A DNA stretch of 41,684 nt from Chrysochromulina tobinii (lineage: Eukaryota): assembly GCA_001275005.1 (NCBI GenBank), contig JWZX01002170.1:1-41684 (forward strand). The letters run 5' to 3'. The notes beneath the pieces were generated by a model. That model was not told the DNA's origin. It saw only the letters and a program-made list of their open reading frames with translations, and made no database searches. Every line of letters begins with the position of its first letter. Positions within the stretch are counted from its first letter, which is position 1. Positions 29,410 to 39,510 of this stretch are shown one piece after another. Both the position numbers and the translations under genes were made by a program.

Positions 29410-30528
29410 ATGACCAGCGTCTCGACGCTCGTCGATCAGCTCAAGTCAGCAGAGGGCGAGGCGCTACAGAAGCTGCTTTACGCATTGGCCGAGCTACTGG
29501 ACAAAGCATCGGACGACACCTCCGACGCGCTGTGTGCAGAGCTTCGAGGGATGGGCGCAGTGGCCGTCATCAGCAAGCTGCTCACGCACGAGGCCAAGCA
29601 GATCCACCGGCTGGCCATCAGTATCATTGGGAATCTGGCCTCGACGGCACTTGATTCGAAAGCAGGCTTGAGCAACAACTTGCTCAAGCAAGCCGGCGCG
29701 TTTGACCACCTCCTCCGTCACCTCTTGACGACCAAGGATGATACCACGCTCCTGTACGCTCTGATCGCGATCCAGAACATGTGCGTTGAGATCGAGTATG
29801 TCAACAAGCTGAAGGCAGCAGGGGGTATCAAGAGGCTGCAGCACATCGTCGGTCAGACGGACCCGCAGCTCCGTCAGTTTGCGCAGTGCTGCCTCGACAA
29901 CGCACGCACCGTCGTCGTCATCGACGCGATGCAGAAGGCCTCGAGAACACAACGAATGACCAAAATAGATTACATGACCACGAGAGACGAGGCTGGCAAG
30001 TATCTGGCACACGCATATGTCCGCCGTTGGCGTGCTCGACGAGCAACCACTGTCACTGGAGCTTCTGACCTTTCAGCTGGGGTCGATGCCTCCTTCTCTC
30101 CCGCCAACACGATCCACGACCAACGCCAACACGCGCACACCGTCACTGCAGCTGCGGTCGCTGACTCCATTACCCCTGGTGGTGATGGCGGTGGTGGTGG
30201 CGTCGGCAGCGGCGGTGGCACGTCGACGGTCGTTGTTGTTGATCTACAGGACGTGTCCGATCTAGTGTCCGATCCGGGCGCGGTCTTCGACGCAATCCTG
30301 AGCAGCACGAGCGCCACGGACACGCGCACCATCAGCGAGGTCGCGAACTACCTCATCAGTCAGTGCGCGATGAAGCTGGCGCTCGTGCCGCGGGTTCTCC
30401 AGATTATCGACGTCAACGGCGACGGGATCATCGACCGCGACGAGTTTATCAAAGCACACGAGGCGGGCATATTTGCGTCCAATGGTATACCGGCGGCATG
30501 GACTGCAGCGGCAACTGAAGGGCTATGA
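29410..30528 (+). CDS. Armadillo-like repeat protein with IQ-like motif and C-terminal EF-hand (paralogue A)
   Basis: ARM-like GAVAVISKLL...AISIIGNLA, AGAFDHLLRHL...ALIAIQNMC and AGGIKRL; EF loop DVNGDGIIDRDE. Confidence 0.75.
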   Translation: MTSVSTLVDQLKSAEGEALQKLLYALAELLDKASDDTSDALCAELRGMGAVAVISKLLTHEAKQIHRLAISIIGNLASTALDSKAGLSNNLLKQAGAFDHLLRHLLTTKDDTTLLYALIAIQNMCVEIEYVNKLKAAGGIKRLQHIVGQTDPQLRQFAQCCLDNARTVVVIDAMQKASRTQRMTKIDYMTTRDEAGKYLAHAYVRRWRARRATTVTGASDLSAGVDASFSPANTIHDQRQHAHTVTAAAVADSITPGGDGGGGGVGSGGGTSTVVVVDLQDVSDLVSDPGAVFDAILSSTSATDTRTISEVANYLISQCAMKLALVPRVLQIIDVNGDGIIDRDEFIKAHEAGIFASNGIPAAWTAAATEGL

Positions 30529-30834
30529 AGAGCGGCTGACGATTGCTGACCATATAGCTCAAACTGAGCGGAAGTTTGAATAGCTCAGGAAAAGCTGTCC
30601 ATACCACATATCCAAGTACAACCCTTAAATGTGAATCTAATGTCACTCTAATGTCACTCCGGCAGCGTCAGACACTATACGGTGCGTCTTGCACGTTACC
30701 GGGTAACATCATGGCAGGACGCATGCGGCAGGATGCATGCGGGGGTAGTGCTGCGAAACCACGCCAACACACACTTTCTGCGTGTAACTCGACCGTTTCC
30801 TCTTGAGAAATGGCTTTTTCTGCGGGGCCTCGCG

Positions 30835-32526
30835 ATGTCCAGCGTCTCGACGCTCGTCGATCAGCTCAAGACAGCTGAGGGCGAGGCGCTACAGAAGCTG
30901 CTTTACGCATTGGCCGAGCTACTGGACAAAGCATCGGGCGACACTTCCGACGCACTGCGTGCAGAGCTTCGAGGGATTGGCGCAGTGGCCGTCATCAGCA
31001 AGCTGCTCACGCACGAGGCCAAGCAGATCCACCAGCTGGCCATCAACATCGCGGGCAGTCTGGCCGCGACAGCTCTTGATCCACAAGCAGGCTTGAGCAA
31101 CAGCTTGCTCAAGCAAGCCGGCGCGTTTGACCACCTCCTCCGTCACCTCTTGACGACCAAGGATGATACCACGCTCCTGTACGCTCTGATCGCGATCCAG
31201 AACATGTGCGTTGAGATCGAGTATGTCAACGAGCTGAAGGCAGCAGGGGGTATCAAGAGGCTGCAGCACATCGTCGGTCAGACGGACCCGCAGCTCCGTC
31301 AGTTTGCGCAGGGCTGCCTCGACAACGCACGCACCGTCGTCGCCATCTACGCGATGCAGCAGAAAGCCGTCAAGTCTACTCCGAAGACGAGGGCCGAGGC
31401 TGGCAAGTATCTGGCACACGCGTATGTCCGCCGCTGGCGGGCTCGACAAGGAGTTCGACAAGGAGTCCGCCCCAGTTCTGTAGCGCTACAAGCGTCGCTC
31501 GTCCATCAGCTCAAGAACGACGACGACGCAACGCTCGTGAAGCTCCTCTACAGCGTGGCCGTGCAGCTGGACGAAGCATCGGGCGAGTCTGCCATCTCGC
31601 TGTGTGCAGAGCTCCGTGCGAGTGGTGCTGTGGCCGTCATCAGCAACCTGATCGCACACGGCAGCTCGCAGATCCACCGGCTGGCCATCAGCATCATTGG
31701 GAATCTGGCCTCATTGGCTCTTGATCCGCAAGCAGGCTTGAGCAACGGCTTGCTCAAGCAAGCCGGCGCGTTTGACCACCTTCTCCGTCACCTCTTCTCG
31801 ACTGACCAAGGAATCATGCTGCTTACTGTCGTCGCGATCCAGAACATGTGTGTGGAGATCGAGTATGTCAACAAGCTGAAGGCAGCAGGGGGTATCAAGA
31901 GGCTGCAGCACATCGTCGGTCAGATGGACCCGCAGCTCCGTCAGTTTGCGCAGGGCTGCCTCGACAACGCACGCACCGTCGTCGTCATCGACGCGATGCA
32001 GCAGAAGGTCCTCGCGTCTACCCCGAAGACGAGGGCCGAGGCTGGCAAGTATCTGGCACACGCGTATGTCCGCCGCTGGCGGGCTCGACGAGCAACCGCC
32101 CTCACTGGAGCTTCTGACCTTTCAGCTGGGGTCGATGCTTCCTTCTCTCCCGCCAACACAATCCTCGACCAACGCCAACACGCGCACACCGCCGCGGACG
32201 GGGAGGACCTGCAGGACGTGCAGCTAGCCATCACGACGCTGCAGTCGGTCCTGCCTTCCGGAGAGGACGTGCTGCTAGGCATCACGAAGCTGCAGTCCGT
32301 CCTGCGTGGCAAGCAAAAGAGAGCGGAGTTGGAGCGGACCAAGAAGGAGAAGATCGCCGCCCTGTGGTTGCAGAGGATGCTGCGGGGTCACCAAGCCCGA
32401 GGGGTGGCCTCGGCCATCCTCAGAGCGAGAAACATGGAGCGAGCTGCAATCCGGATCCAGCGTTGTGGGCGCAACCGTATTCTACGGAAGCTGCTCATCC
32501 GCAAGGCATTCCGTGGGGAATTCTGA
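30835..32526 (+). CDS. Armadillo-like repeat protein with two ARM modules and C-terminal IQ motifs (paralogue B)
   Basis: Two copies of the module seen in 29410-30040; IQ motifs KLQSVLRGKQKR, WLQRMLRGHQAR and RIQRCGRNRILR. Confidence 0.78.
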   Translation: MSSVSTLVDQLKTAEGEALQKLLYALAELLDKASGDTSDALRAELRGIGAVAVISKLLTHEAKQIHQLAINIAGSLAATALDPQAGLSNSLLKQAGAFDHLLRHLLTTKDDTTLLYALIAIQNMCVEIEYVNELKAAGGIKRLQHIVGQTDPQLRQFAQGCLDNARTVVAIYAMQQKAVKSTPKTRAEAGKYLAHAYVRRWRARQGVRQGVRPSSVALQASLVHQLKNDDDATLVKLLYSVAVQLDEASGESAISLCAELRASGAVAVISNLIAHGSSQIHRLAISIIGNLASLALDPQAGLSNGLLKQAGAFDHLLRHLFSTDQGIMLLTVVAIQNMCVEIEYVNKLKAAGGIKRLQHIVGQMDPQLRQFAQGCLDNARTVVVIDAMQQKVLASTPKTRAEAGKYLAHAYVRRWRARRATALTGASDLSAGVDASFSPANTILDQRQHAHTAADGEDLQDVQLAITTLQSVLPSGEDVLLGITKLQSVLRGKQKRAELERTKKEKIAALWLQRMLRGHQARGVASAILRARNMERAAIRIQRCGRNRILRKLLIRKAFRGEF

Positions 32527-32996
32527 TGGATTGGTCGATGCAGGCTGTGTGTCAGGTATGTGTCAGGGATTGGTTGACGCAGGCGGGGCGCGCGGTCACT
32601 TTCAACATTTGTTTGTTGCGGTGACTCTGGCGACTGCCCGCTCGCGCTCCTCGCCCGAACTCGCCCGCTCCCTGTCATGCGCATTCATCATGAACGTCAA
32701 GGGTTATTTTTTAGCTCACTGCTTAGTGCTATGCAGTTTGTTTAAGTCGCGTGGAATCGACATCTCAGGGTTGTCCATGCAGTCCATGTTGTTTATTTTA
32801 AATGGATTGGACTGATACATGTAGGCCAAGTGCAATAGGCGAGGTAGTTTGGAGATAGTACCGGATCGGGAGCGGGACGACCTGACAACACCAACACCAA
32901 CACTTCACACCGTTTCTTCACAGTCATCAATCGAGGAAAAAAGCTCGCTCTCCAAGATGTCCAGGACCCGTCTGTGATTTGAGCTCGACAGTCCAA

Positions 32997-35242
32997 ATGG
33001 CGTCGCCCAAGCTGCTCCTGTGCTGCTGGCTGCAACTTGCGGCGCCCGCGCTGCGGCCGCTACCACGCACGCTGCAGCGTGTGCGACGGCAACCTTTTGC
33101 GTCGTTGAGCCCTCAGCCGCCGGACGCGGCGCCGCCGACGGCTGCACCCATGCGATGCCTTCGCCTACGAGCGCCTCCGTCCATGAGCGTCGCGAGCGCA
33201 CTCGTGCGACCGCTGCGTAAGCTTCCGCAACGGCTCTGGCCATACACGCTCGGAAAGTTCTGGGGGCTACACGCGCTGATGTGGGCCGCCGCCTTTGCGG
33301 TTGCCGCCAGGCTGGCTGGCGGTGCTGTGGCTCTGCCAGTGCCGCTGCTGCTACCGCTCGTCGCCGCGAACGCGGCGCTCGCGACGACGCTCTACCGCTC
33401 GCGCGAGGACGCTAACGTCGTGCTTGCGGCCACGGCCGCCCTCTACTTTGGCGGCCATGCCGCGATGCTCTTCTTGCTCGACGCGGCCGGCCTGGCGCAG
33501 CTGTCCGCTCGGCTGGCGGCCGCGCTGCCGTGGGCGCGCGCGTGGCACGCGGCGCTGTGCCTGGGCTCGGTGTGCTTCGCGCTCAAGGCGGCGTTCAAAG
33601 ACCGCCTCTTTGGCGACGCTGAGGCCGGTTCGGCTTTGCGATCCGAGGCCGTAGCAGCGCTGCGTGCCTCGCCGGTGGCGATGCCGACGCTCCTGCTGCT
33701 TAACGGTCAGGCTGGCGCGAAGCTCGCTGGGCGCGTGCGCGCGTATCTGGAGGGGGTCGCCGCCGGGAGCGACGACGTGAGCATCGTCGATCTCGCCGAG
33801 ACGGCGCCCGAGCTCGCCCTGCGATCATTTGGCGCGCGCCATCCGACCTTCAGGGTACTCGTCTGTGGCGGCGATGGCACGGCGTCGTGGGTCCTCGGTG
33901 CGATCGAGCAGTGCGGGCTCACTGGCTGGGACGGTGCGCCGTACCGGCCGGCGGTCGGCCTGTACCCTCTCGGGACGGGCAACGATCTCGCGCGCGTCCT
34001 CGGCTGGGGCAAGAGCGTCCGTCTTGATACCCTGTCGGACCTGTTCAGCACGCTGGACGCCGCCCGAGTGCGCCTGGTGGATCGATGGCTCGTGCGCGGC
34101 ACGCTGCCCGAGGGCGCGAGCGCTCGCCGTATGTGCAACTACCTCTCCATCGGGCTCGATACGCAGGCCGCGCTGTCGTGGGCACGCCTCAAGCACGCCG
34201 CCCCATGGGCCTTCAAGCTGCGCCTCATCAATAAGCTTTGGTGAGCGCCCGTGGCCCGCGCGCGCGGCAGACCCAGCCATCTCGCGCCCCCTCGCGCCCC
34301 CTCGCGCCATCTCGCTGCCTGCCCTCACTTACCCCCTCTCCTCACCCCTTCTCTCCCCTTCTCTCCCCTTCTCTCCCCTCCTTTCCCCTCCCTTGCCCTG
34401 CCCTCCCTCACGTTCGCCCGGCTCGCCTCCCGCCTCCTCGCAGGTACATCATCTGCGGCTCACCCGAGCTCGTCCGCCGCTCGTACAGTGACCTGAGCAC
34501 ACGCTGCACTCTCACCTGCGACGGCGAGCCCGTCGCCATCCCGCCCAATGTCGAGGGCATCATGGTGCTCAACACGCCCTCGTATGGAGGCGGCTCGGAC
34601 CTGTGGGATGAGGCGCGGGCTGCCCCGCTGCGCGCCAGCACCAAGCCGTTTGCGCAGTGGCTCGGGCGCACGGGGCGCTCCGCACGCCCTCTGCGCATGG
34701 ACGACGGGTGCCTCGAGGTCGTCGGCGTGACCAACGTCCTTCATCTGGCCGCTACCCTAGGGGGACTCTCGAACGGCGTCCGGCTGTGCCAGGGGAGACG
34801 GCTCACGATCGCCGTGCCGGGGGGCGGCGTGCCGTTACAAATCGACGGCGAGCCCTTCAACGTGCACGTGCCCGCCACGGCGCTTTCACAGCCGGGGCGT
34901 GGGCTCGAGCCGTTCACACTTGAGCTCGTGCGAGACGGGCAGGCCCTGATGCTCGCGCGCACGCCACGCGCGACCACTCGTGAAGGCAACGCGCTCACCG
35001 CCGTCGAGGCCCAGCTACGCGAGCGCGGGCTGAGCACCCCGCAGCGTGATGCCCTAATTTGGAAGTTGGCGGGATCTGGCGCGGGGGCTGTGCGGCATGC
35101 GGGCACGGAGGCGGCACAGACGGAGCTGCAGCCCGTGGGCGCGCGGGCAACATACTTCCGGGCGGAAGGCCGCGCCGATGGCCCCATGGGAGGCGCCCAC
35201 GACAGCGGGAGTGATGCGCCGCCGCTCATGGCGGCGGCGTGA
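32997..35242 (+). CDS. DGK: Diacylglycerol kinase with N-terminal presequence and transmembrane segment(s) (exons 32997-34240, 34444-35242; 680 aa)
   Basis: RVLVCGGDGTASWVL, PLGTGNDLARVLGWG, DRW, NYLSIGLD, spliced RLINKLW|YIICG, NTPSYGGG, DDGCLEVVG, PLQIDGEPF. Confidence 0.9.
34241..34443 (+). other. Spliceosomal intron of DGK (203 nt) with 10-bp-period pyrimidine repeats
   Basis: ctttg|GTGAGC...cctcctcgCAG|gtac; phase-2 join restores NKLWY. Internal ctcgcgcccc and ctctcccctt repeats. Confidence 0.88.
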
Positions 35243-35569
35243 CTGGAAGGACGCTCGCGCTCGGGCCGGCGCGGGCGGCGGGAAGCAGGGCGACGACACG
35301 AGAGCGGTGACTCCAGGCTAACATTGTATGGACGGGCTCAGCTCGACACCACTCGCAGAGTGCCTGGTTTCCGTCGCTGGTGATTCTTCGGCTGTACAGT
35401 AACTGCGAGTCGGAAGGTTATAAAACGCCATAGATTCGTCAGTCGTCAGTAAACCCCAGTGATTGCACGACTTGACTTGACCCAATTATCGACTGGTTTC
35501 ACGGGGACGTTTCAGTGTGAAGCTCACTTTCTCAACGCCTGGGCAGAAGTGCGCCTTTCCGATTTGACT

Positions 35570-36083
35570 ATGCGCACTGCTCCTCGCGCGTGGTTGGTCG
35601 TGTGCGTTCTGGCTGCGCGGCTGACGCCGACGCGCACGCAAGCCGAGAGCACACCGGCGCAGAGCAGCAGCAGCAGCGACGAGTCGGAAGATTGGCTCTC
35701 CGGCATGTCCACGGGCGACAGCGACCAGGATATGCAGCGGATGGCGCAGGAGGATGCGGGGCCAGCACCGACCAAGGCGGGCTCGGTCGGAGCAAAAGCC
35801 CGCGACCCGAGGAAGAAGAAGAAGAAGACGTCGTGGTCTCAAATGCTGATGGGCACCAACCCTGACGGCACGCAGAAGCCGTGCGCAGCAACTGCGATCA
35901 CACCCTTGCCGCGCATCTCGCATGCGTTTCTCATGCGCTTGCTTGTATCCCGAGCTTCTCACGCGCGCATCCGTCCGCGTTGCTCGCCGCAGAATGAAGC
36001 TTCCGAAGCTCTCGCTCGAGGAGGTTCTGACGGGAGCCTTCTGCATCGCAGTTGGCGGCTTGATGCTGAGCTTCAGTATATGA
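35570..36083 (+). CDS. Small signal-peptide + C-terminal transmembrane protein (exons 35570-35880, 35993-36083; 133 aa)
   Basis: MRTAPRAWLVVCVLAARLTPTRTQAES leader. Removing gcc|GTGCGC...ccgCAG|a (35881-35992) gives KPMKLPKLSLEEVLTGAFCIAVGGLMLSFSI*, a hydrophobic tail. Confidence 0.6.
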
Positions 36084-37140
36084 GTTTTTGACCGTCGTCC
36101 TGAGTGGCAGCGAGAGTGTGTGAGTGTGAAGGTTGGTATTGGGTTCCAGTCATCAGTGCCTCCAAACGTAGATTTCGTCTGATGACCGAGTCCACCGCCG
36201 CACCATGCGGTAACGTCTCTGGTGTTAGTCTGGTGTGGGTCGCCAGGTATGAGCAATGAGAATGACAATTGTGAATTGACATTGCTCATTCTTTGGCTGC
36301 CAATGAGGTAATTCCAGGTGGGGGTTGGTGTGGGGCCGGCGTCCGCGACCGGGCCGTCCTGCGCCCGGACCCTCCTACCCGCCCGGGTCGGCCTTGGTCG
36401 GCCGGCGGGCCGTGCGGGTCGTGTCCCAGGCCGAGGCCCAGCACCGCATGGGCACGCGATACATAGCCGACAAAGCGAAAGCCGAGAGCGAGACAGTTTG
36501 AGTTTCGGCCAGAGCGCGTTTTTCGGGTGTTTTCGCGGATCGCGCTCGCCGCACGCGTGCAGAGCGCAGTCCCGCTCGAGGCTCGTCCCATCTTCCCTCT
36601 GACGGGCTGCCTCGTGCCCAAAATTGCTCGTGCTCTCGTCCATGGAGCCGTGCTGCCGTGGAGCTTGCGGAGGGCCTAGGGGCCAGTGTGCGTCTTGCCG
36701 TGAGGCCTAAATAACGTGAACGTGAACGTAAGCCCCGGGGTAGCGTGCAAGCAAGTGCAAGCTCTAGCTTCTCGGGAACGCGACGGCCAGATTTTCACCT
36801 CAGTTTCGGCTTTGAAAAGTCTTTTTGGATTTGTGGGACGTGGCTTCGCAATCATCCGCCGAGCGGTCTCCGATCGCGCAAAAGGTCAATGCTAATGCCG
36901 AAAATGTCGCACACCTCCCTGAGTCACAACCGCGGCACCGCAGCAGTTACCAACACGCGGCAAGCACGACCGTGATCCCCACTTCCGGCGCAGACACTAG
37001 GGATAGCCAGTCGTGTCCCAAGCGCTGGCCTGCCGCACGGTCTTCTCACGCATCTGCTGCTGCGCAGACACTGCATCTTCACCCAGTTCGCCCGCCTGAC
37101 GCGCCACTGCTCTGGCCCTCGCCTGTGCGCGCAGACACCC

Positions 37141-39510
37141 ATGCTTCGTGCCGCCTCCCGCAACACTGCCGGCCGCTCGGCCGCCTCCGTCGCCCGCAAG
37201 GTCGCCGTGCCGGCGCTCGTCCAGCGCCGTGGCTTCATGTCGTCGCTGGATGACTACGGCTCCAACCTGTTCAAGGGTAAGGTCGCCGACACGTACCTCG
37301 CCAAGCAGGGCCTGCCGGCGGGCCTGATGGATGACCCGAAGTGGACCTCCAAGCCCGCGACGGCGGACAAGGTCGCCGCCGCCATCATGGAGTGGGCGGG
37401 CGACCGCGGCGCATCGGTCTACACTCACTGGTTCCAGCCGACCGGTTCGGCGGGCGTGCGCCTGGGCATGACGGGCCAGGTGCACAACACCTTCTTCGCC
37501 TTCGGCGCCGATGGCAAGCCCGAGTTCGAGTTCAAGGGAAAAACCTTGCTCAAGGGCGAGACGGACGGCTCGTCGTTCCCGAACGGCGGCATCCGCGCGA
37601 CGCACTGCGCGGGTGGCTACACGGTGCTTGACCCGACGTCGCCGATCTTCCTGCGCGGCGACACGGTGTACGTGCCCAGCGTACTCGTCTCCTTCTACGG
37701 CGACGCGCTCGACGAGAAGACGCCCCTGCTCCGCTCGATGAATGCCCTCTCGAAGGAGGCGGCCCGCCTGTGCAAGAATCTCGGGTACGAGATTGGGGGC
37801 GCCTTCCCGAACATTGGGCTGGAGCAGGAGTACTTCCTGATCCCGCGCTCGGCGTTCTACAAGCGCCTCGACCTCCAGATGACCGGCCGCACCATCATGG
37901 GCAAGGACGCGCCGCGTGGACAGGAGATGAGCGACCACTACATGGCGCCGCCCAACCAGATTGCCTTCGAGTGCATCAAGGAGATCCAGCACGAATGCTT
38001 CCTGATGGGCATCCCGATGAAGACCCGCCACCGCGAGGTGGCACCCAACCAGTACGAGTGCGCGCCGCTCTTCGGCCTCGCCACCACCCAGATCGACCAG
38101 AACATCATGTTCATGCAGATCTGCGAGGAGGTGACCGCTCGGCACGGCCTGGCCGTTCTCAACCACGAGAAACCGTTCCAGAACGTCAACGGCTCGGGCA
38201 AGCACAACAACTTCTCGATCGCCACGGACACGGGCGTCAACCTGCTCAACGTGGACCAGCTCGCCAAGGCCGCGGGCTCGCCACTGCCCTTCATCGCCAT
38301 CATGGCGTCCATCGTCTCGGCCGTTGACAAGCACGGCGACCTGATGCGCATGGCCATCGCGTCGCCCGGAAACGACTTCCGTCTGGGGGCGTGCGAGGCG
38401 CCGCCGGCGATCGTGTCCACGTACCTGGGCGACTCGCTCTCCAAGTACCTTGAGGAGTTCAAGAAGACCAAGGTCGTGCAGCCGTACACGGCCGAGGGCA
38501 AGACCATCGACCTGGGCGTGCCCGCGATCGCGCCCTTCACCGTGCCCGCCGAGGACCGCAACCGCACCTCGCCCTTCCCGTACGGCGGCCACCGCTTCGA
38601 GTTCCGCGCGGTCGGCTCGTCGCAGAACGTGTCCATGGTGAACACCGTGCTGTGCTCCATCTTTGCCGACGCCTTCTCCAACTTTTCCGATCAGCTCGAA
38701 AAGGGCGCCAAGCCGGCTGATGTGGCGGCTACGCTCCTCGACTCGCACTGGCGCGCGATCTTCAACGGAAACGGCTACGCGCAGGAGTGGCCGATCGAGG
38801 CGGGCAAGCGCGGCTTGTGGCGCATCGACTCGGGCGTCGAGGCCATGTCCCGCCTCTCCGCACCCAAGAACATTGAGCTCTTTGAGAAGATGAAGGTTCG
38901 TCGATTCGCCACACCGAGGAGCCTTGATTGCACCTGATGGCCTCTCTGATTGCACCTGATGGCCTCTCTGATTGCACTCGATGGCCTCTCTGATTGCACC
39001 TGATGGCCTCTCTGATTGCACTCGATGGCCTCTCTGATTGCACCTGATGGCCTCTCTAAGGCCGCTGACTTAACCGAACCCTACCCCTACCATGACCCGA
39101 TCCCGGACTGCCTCCTTCATCAGGTCCTCTCGAAGAAGGAGTGCGTCGCGCGCACCACGGTGATGTACAACCACTACGTCGGCACGGTCGAGATGGAGGC
39201 CAAGTGCATGGTCGACATGATCAAGCAGCACATCATCCCCTCCTGCAAGGCGGCCGACATGGCCGTGCATGAGCTCGAGGGCGGTGTTGCGAGCGTGCAG
39301 GCTGGCCTGCACGCCATCCACACCGCCGCCGACGAGGAGGCCAAGGCCAAGGCCGCTCGCGTGCTGCGCCTCGAGACGATGATGGACGTGCGTAAATTGT
39401 GCGACAAGGCCGAAGAGGACGTGCCCGCTGACCTTTGGACGATCGCCACGTACAAGGACCTTCTCTTCCTGGACGCGACCAACGGCGCCGAGATTGTCGA
39501 CTACGAGTGA
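37141..39510 (+). CDS. glnN: Glutamine synthetase type III, mitochondrial-type presequence (exons 37141-38895, 39124-39510; 713 aa)
   Basis: YTHWFQP, GETDGSSFPNGGIRAT, GLEQEYF, HREVAPNQYE, HEKPFQNVNGSGKHNN, NDFRLGACEAPPAI, DRNRTSPFPYGGHRFEFRAVGSSQ, FNGNGY; spliced FEKMK|VLSKKE. Arg/Ala/Ser-rich leader MLRAASRNTAGRSAASVARK. Confidence 0.96.
38896..39123 (+). other. Spliceosomal intron of GSIII (228 nt, phase 0)
   Basis: aag|GTTCGT...tgcctccttcatCAG|gtc joins ORFs 37141 and 39016 in frame. Confidence 0.92.
38926..39057. repeat. Intronic 22-bp tandem repeat x6 (gattgcac[ct/tc]gatggcctctct)
   Basis: Units start at 38926, 38948, 38970, 38992, 39014 and 39036; units 3 and 5 carry the ctcg variant. 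Confidence 0.95.

Noticed and set aside
35459..36091. Unspliced 210-aa ORF
   Set aside because: Its middle looks intronic (GTGCGC...CGCAG), and splicing gives a more coherent signal + TM-tail protein; not confirmed without RNA data.
38926..39057. 22-bp repeat as CRISPR, or as the N-terminus of ORFs 36997..39021, 38762..39043 and 38775..38999
   Set aside because: No spacers; it lies inside the GSIII intron; those ORFs are antisense shadows.
39078..39092. Telomere-like aaccctacccctacc
   Set aside because: Only about two degenerate units inside an intron; insufficient evidence.
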